Assembly (NCBI RefSeq): GCF_001949145.1
Contig: NW_019091357.1
Location: 1,700,746-1,728,625, forward strand
Origin: Acanthaster planci
Lineage: Eukaryota
Direction of reading: 5' to 3'
Length of the DNA stretch: 27,880 nt
Below are positions 23,766-27,880 of the stretch, one piece after another. The position numbers were made by a program, and so were the translations under genes. The notes beneath the pieces are model-generated. The model searched no databases. It had not been told where the DNA came from and saw only the letters and a list, made by a program, of their open reading frames with translations. Position 1 is the first letter of the stretch. Each line of letters begins with the position of its first letter.

Positions 23766-23820
23766 ACATGAGAGTAACACACAATGGTCTCGGGTTGGTA
23801 ATTGTCAGCCGCTGCTCCGC

Positions 23821-23826
23821 TTTATA
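23821..23826 (-). promoter_or_regulatory. Candidate TATA box for a minus-strand promoter
   Basis: Minus strand reads ggcTATTATAAAgcgg in GC-rich context, about 55 nt upstream of the ATG at 23765. Confidence 0.4.
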
Positions 23827-26789
23827 ATAGCCAGCGTCCTGGCCAGTTTACCTCTCCGTGATTGGGACATCCTCTTTAATTTGAGTGGCCAGCTGGTACT
23901 CCGACACACATGAATTCCTAGCTGCAGTAGATTTGTACAAGTACATACATGTACATGTATATGTATACAGTCAATGTACATGTACACAATTGTACATATC
24001 CATGCACCATACAAAGGAGTAGAGTTCTTGCAGGCAAGGGTTCAGATTGTCTCAAATGCCACAATGCAGGTTTATAATAAAATTATGTGCCGTGTCCCAG
24101 CTCAGAAAATCCTGTGTGCGCACCGTGCCGGCACATGTGAATGTAGCAATTATTGAAGATGTGAAATTCAGGATGCAACCATTGATGCCTTCCTTGGTAA
24201 CGGTCAGAGGTCATCCCCACGGCGCAAGTGATTACGAGATTGATCCAGCGCCCATGAATACTGCACAAGGATGTGCTAATTAATAATACTGTCCCACGCA
24301 CAAAGCCGTCAGCACGTCCCTACAGTGTGGTATACATGTAGGTACAGTGAGCGTAAGGTACAGGTGCATGTACATGTACATGTACCGTACCTTCACTGCA
24401 GGTCATGGCAAGAAAAACAGTTCGATTACTGATGGGCCGTGTCCTTGGCAGACTACGGAGGGTGTTTTGCTCTGAATAAAAATTAGACAAGACGATCCGA
24501 TCATTGTACTTGTGCCGTAATGTACATGTACATTGAGGCCTGCTGCGTAGGGTCTGTGATACAATGCACGCTCACACTGACCAGTACAGTTCCATATAAT
24601 TCATTATCCCCTAGCGTGTATGTCAGATTATACTGAAATCAGTATATTTTGGATTGTTGGGGTTAATCTTGATTTCAGCACGTTAATTCCGATGGCAAAT
24701 AACACGAGTCCTCACAGGTGTACGGCATGTACATGTACTCTTTAAATGCAGGAGAGTACTCCGTGGGAAAGCATCCATGGCAGAAAACTAATGGGAGATA
24801 CATGTAACTGCAAGAGAAAGGTCAATTAATTAAGGGGAAGACTCACAGATCCTGGAGGTGGGATTGTACATGTATGTAATTAGGGTACATGTGTGTGGGT
24901 GGACTTAAATAATTGCAAACAATGTTGTTAATGTAATTGTTAATTAACCCTAACCCTCCTCAATCCTTCACCTGTTGGAGGACTGAGGAGTGTTAGGGTT
25001 AATGTAAGTGTACAGCATGCATCTTGACAGGTAGAATAAAAGGTTTGTTTGTAAATAAATCAACATGGATGTGTACCATACATGCACCAGTACATGTAGA
25101 TGTATACATGTATGCAAGTTGTGTGCCTTATCATGCCTTTGACTGACATGAAATTTACCCGTGAGTTCCATTTAATTTTCAAATTATAAATTTTGATACA
25201 AGAATGATGCCTAAAGAAAGGATAAGTGCATGTACATGTATCAATTAGAAGGTGTATATATTTTGGAAGGTAGTTCAATGTTCCATCAACAAGGCCAGCA
25301 AAAAATAATTCTTGGTTTCTCATCACCAGTGCCCCCCCCAAAAAAAATTGAGCTGCATTCATTTCCTTTTGTAAATTTTATTTACCCAAAACCTTATTCA
25401 AGATAAAATAGCCAGAAAATGTCAAAGCAGATTTTTTTTTAATTGTTGACTTTTTCATTATAATAGGAAGTCTGTACATGTATGTTCACAAACCAGTCAC
25501 TTGGGTAAATTAGGATGGCCACTGAATTACAAACATGTGCACACATACATGTACATGTACGTGTAAATGTGCTGTGCATGAGGTCATTCTGTGGCAAAAA
25601 ATAAGTCATTTGTGGGAAAGATACATGTACATGCAGGAACCAGGGAACTTGGTACCCATCCCTCAAAACAACAAATTCAACTCAGCTTTATGGACTAATT
25701 ATGCATGTACGAGTAGTTATAGTTTTTTACACAAATGAGAACAAAAAAAAGTGAAAAACTCTTCATCTGTCATGAAAATCATCGGAAAGCTGAACCCTGG
25801 ACCCTCATCAGCCACACTGCTATTCAACCACACCACACCACATACATGTACATGTACATTATGCAGTACTGATGTAAACAACATCGATACACGTATTAGT
25901 AGCTGTCAAGTTGAACAGAAGAGGGCTCACTTCCATGTGGATGCCCAGACCCAGCCAAACACTCAGCACTTCTTTCCTATGAATTCACAATGACTGTAAC
26001 TTGCAACATTCATGCACACTGTACTGTACCGGTACATGAACATGTACATGTATATTTAATTTAACTGCAATGTAGTACATTTCAGGATACATGTATTGTA
26101 GGCCTATAATGTTACAGAAGTTTATGCAAACTTTGTATATTTACTGTCTTACCAGTTCTTGATTTGAGCTATAAATACTTTATAACACATTTTTTGGGGT
26201 ACCATACACTAGTACATTCAGCTCTGAATGATGTACAAGTACATGTAGGAGGGGGGGTGTTTTGTTTATTTGCCTTGGGTTAACACACTGTAATACCCCC
26301 TGATCAACTCACCTAGAAGTGCCTGTACCATAAATCAAGGATTGGGTTGCCAACTATACCTCACATTCCGATCACTTCACTGGGTCCATAAAATATGCCC
26401 AAGGATGCTTCAGGGGGGAGAAACACAATCCGCCTTTTTAATGCTTGCATGACTGCGTTCCCTTTGTGAATTTGCAAAGACTTCTACACTTTGCATACTA
26501 AATGTACCACACATGAGCCAGAATTGATTACGACTGAAATCTGGACTCCGGAGAATTTTTTCTGAATGCATACATGCATAACTATGAGAAGAGCCAAATG
26601 CTCAGGTGTGATCACACATGTACATGTGCTGGTACAGTGTGTACATGTACATGTATGCACAGTAGTACATGTACTTGTAATTAACTCGTTATTGTCAACA
26701 TGTACATGTACATGTATTGGTACAAACACAGGTGCATGTATATATGTACATGTACATGCACCTGTGCATTGTACATGTCTGAATATTTA

Positions 26790-27366
26790 AGCCTGGTTTC
26801 CATATGATCGTAACGAACACCGACGGCACACAAGACGTCAAGACGCAGACAGTTGTGGAAGAGACGCCGCACGGCGTCATTACACCCAAAAAAATTAAAC
26901 AAAATGGCATCAAAAACTCGGGAAATGTTTGTATAAAATCCTTTTTAAACATGGACATGTATGTACATGAATGTAGGTGGCAATACGCTTCAAGCCAAAC
27001 TGATACTCTTGTTTGAAGTAATTTGTTAATGGTCATTCATTTTGTTGACAACTGGGGCTGCATATGCTAGCAATATAAGGAGAAAATGGACAAAACAAAT
27101 GGTACTAAGCGAGCTCTAGGAACATCGTTGTATGCCCGTCATGCCGGTGTGCATGTTTGTACAGGCCTACTCAATGACTCAACGCAGACAGTCAGCAAAG
27201 TTGAACTGGCTCAACTTCACCGATTCATCTCTTGCTGGTTTGTGTATGTCTGGGTTATTGGCGACACTTCCGTTTGACATGTTTCCCTACATGTATGTCT
27301 CCGCTGCAGTTTGCGTCATGATTGCGTTGCTCTCTGCATTTCTTACGTCGATATGGAAACCAGGCT
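26790..27366. mobile_element. PIF/Harbinger-like non-autonomous element (577 bp), 16-bp perfect TIR, TTA TSD
   Basis: AGCCTGGTTTCCATAT ... ATATGGAAACCAGGCT, with TTA flanks at 26787-26789 and 27367-27369. No transposase-like ORF inside. Confidence 0.82.
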
Positions 27367-27880
27367 TTACATGAGTGGCTACATAAACACCTACATGTAC
27401 ATGTACAGTGTACAAGTAAAAACATCTGTACATGTACAGTACATGTACGTTGTAAATGCAGTACACGTATAGATGTACATGTACATTTAAGTACTGGGAA
27501 CAAAACAGTATCCACATCACTTGCAACAGCCTGGTCATCTCCTGGCTGGGCCCTGCATGAACTTGAGGGGACATTCTCTGTTGTGAGGAATTTCAGGACC
27601 AAGTTGTGTCGATGGTAGTCTCTGCTCAGGAATGAATTTATCCCCACAATTACGGCCACCATTCAAGCAGCCTCCCCTGTGCAAAGACCTACAAGTACAC
27701 GTGGTATACATATTTCCACAAACAGTGTACCGGTACATGTATGTCCAGAGCAGGTACGGTACAATGGAATGTGAACTGTGAGCAAAAGCCATCCACACAT
27801 TGTCGTTTGTGGACTTACATGCACATGTACAGTACATGTACAGGTACATGTACACACTGTAGATAAACCAATGAGCTAAT

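Noticed and set aside
2950..27860. Dozens of 60-135 aa ORFs rich in MYMY/VHVH/TCTC
   Set aside because: They are translations of the (TACATG)n microsatellite, which has no stop codon in any frame; they are not genes.

Overview
This is eukaryotic (animal) genomic DNA; an invertebrate deuterostome such as a sea star is my guess from sequence style only. The minus strand carries the 5' half of a dystrobrevin gene. Eight coding exons join in frame through canonical GT-AG junctions: 15389-15493, 14967-15047, 10908-11121, 9154-9239, 2600-2757, 1296-1410, 541-707 and <1-50. They encode the EF-hand-like region and ZZ zinc finger, and the gene runs off the left edge. Its 6.4-kb intron 2758-9153 holds an antisense 302-aa ORF with no coding introns (5686-6594, +) that resembles the Sulfotransfer_5 / 'BCAT-like protein 2' P-loop sulfotransferase family. 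Upstream of the first conserved exon are at least two phase-compatible candidate alternative first exons. One has a strong Kozak ATG and encodes an MGxxxS myristoylation-like N-terminus; the other follows a TATA box. The introns contain several short non-autonomous DNA transposons with readable TIRs and TSDs of 3, 4, 6 and 8 bp, a 53-bp tandem duplication, and very abundant dispersed (TACATG)n microsatellites that produce most of the spurious short ORFs. I found no convincing wholly new system. The best leads are the nested sulfotransferase-like gene and the alternative N-termini of dystrobrevin.
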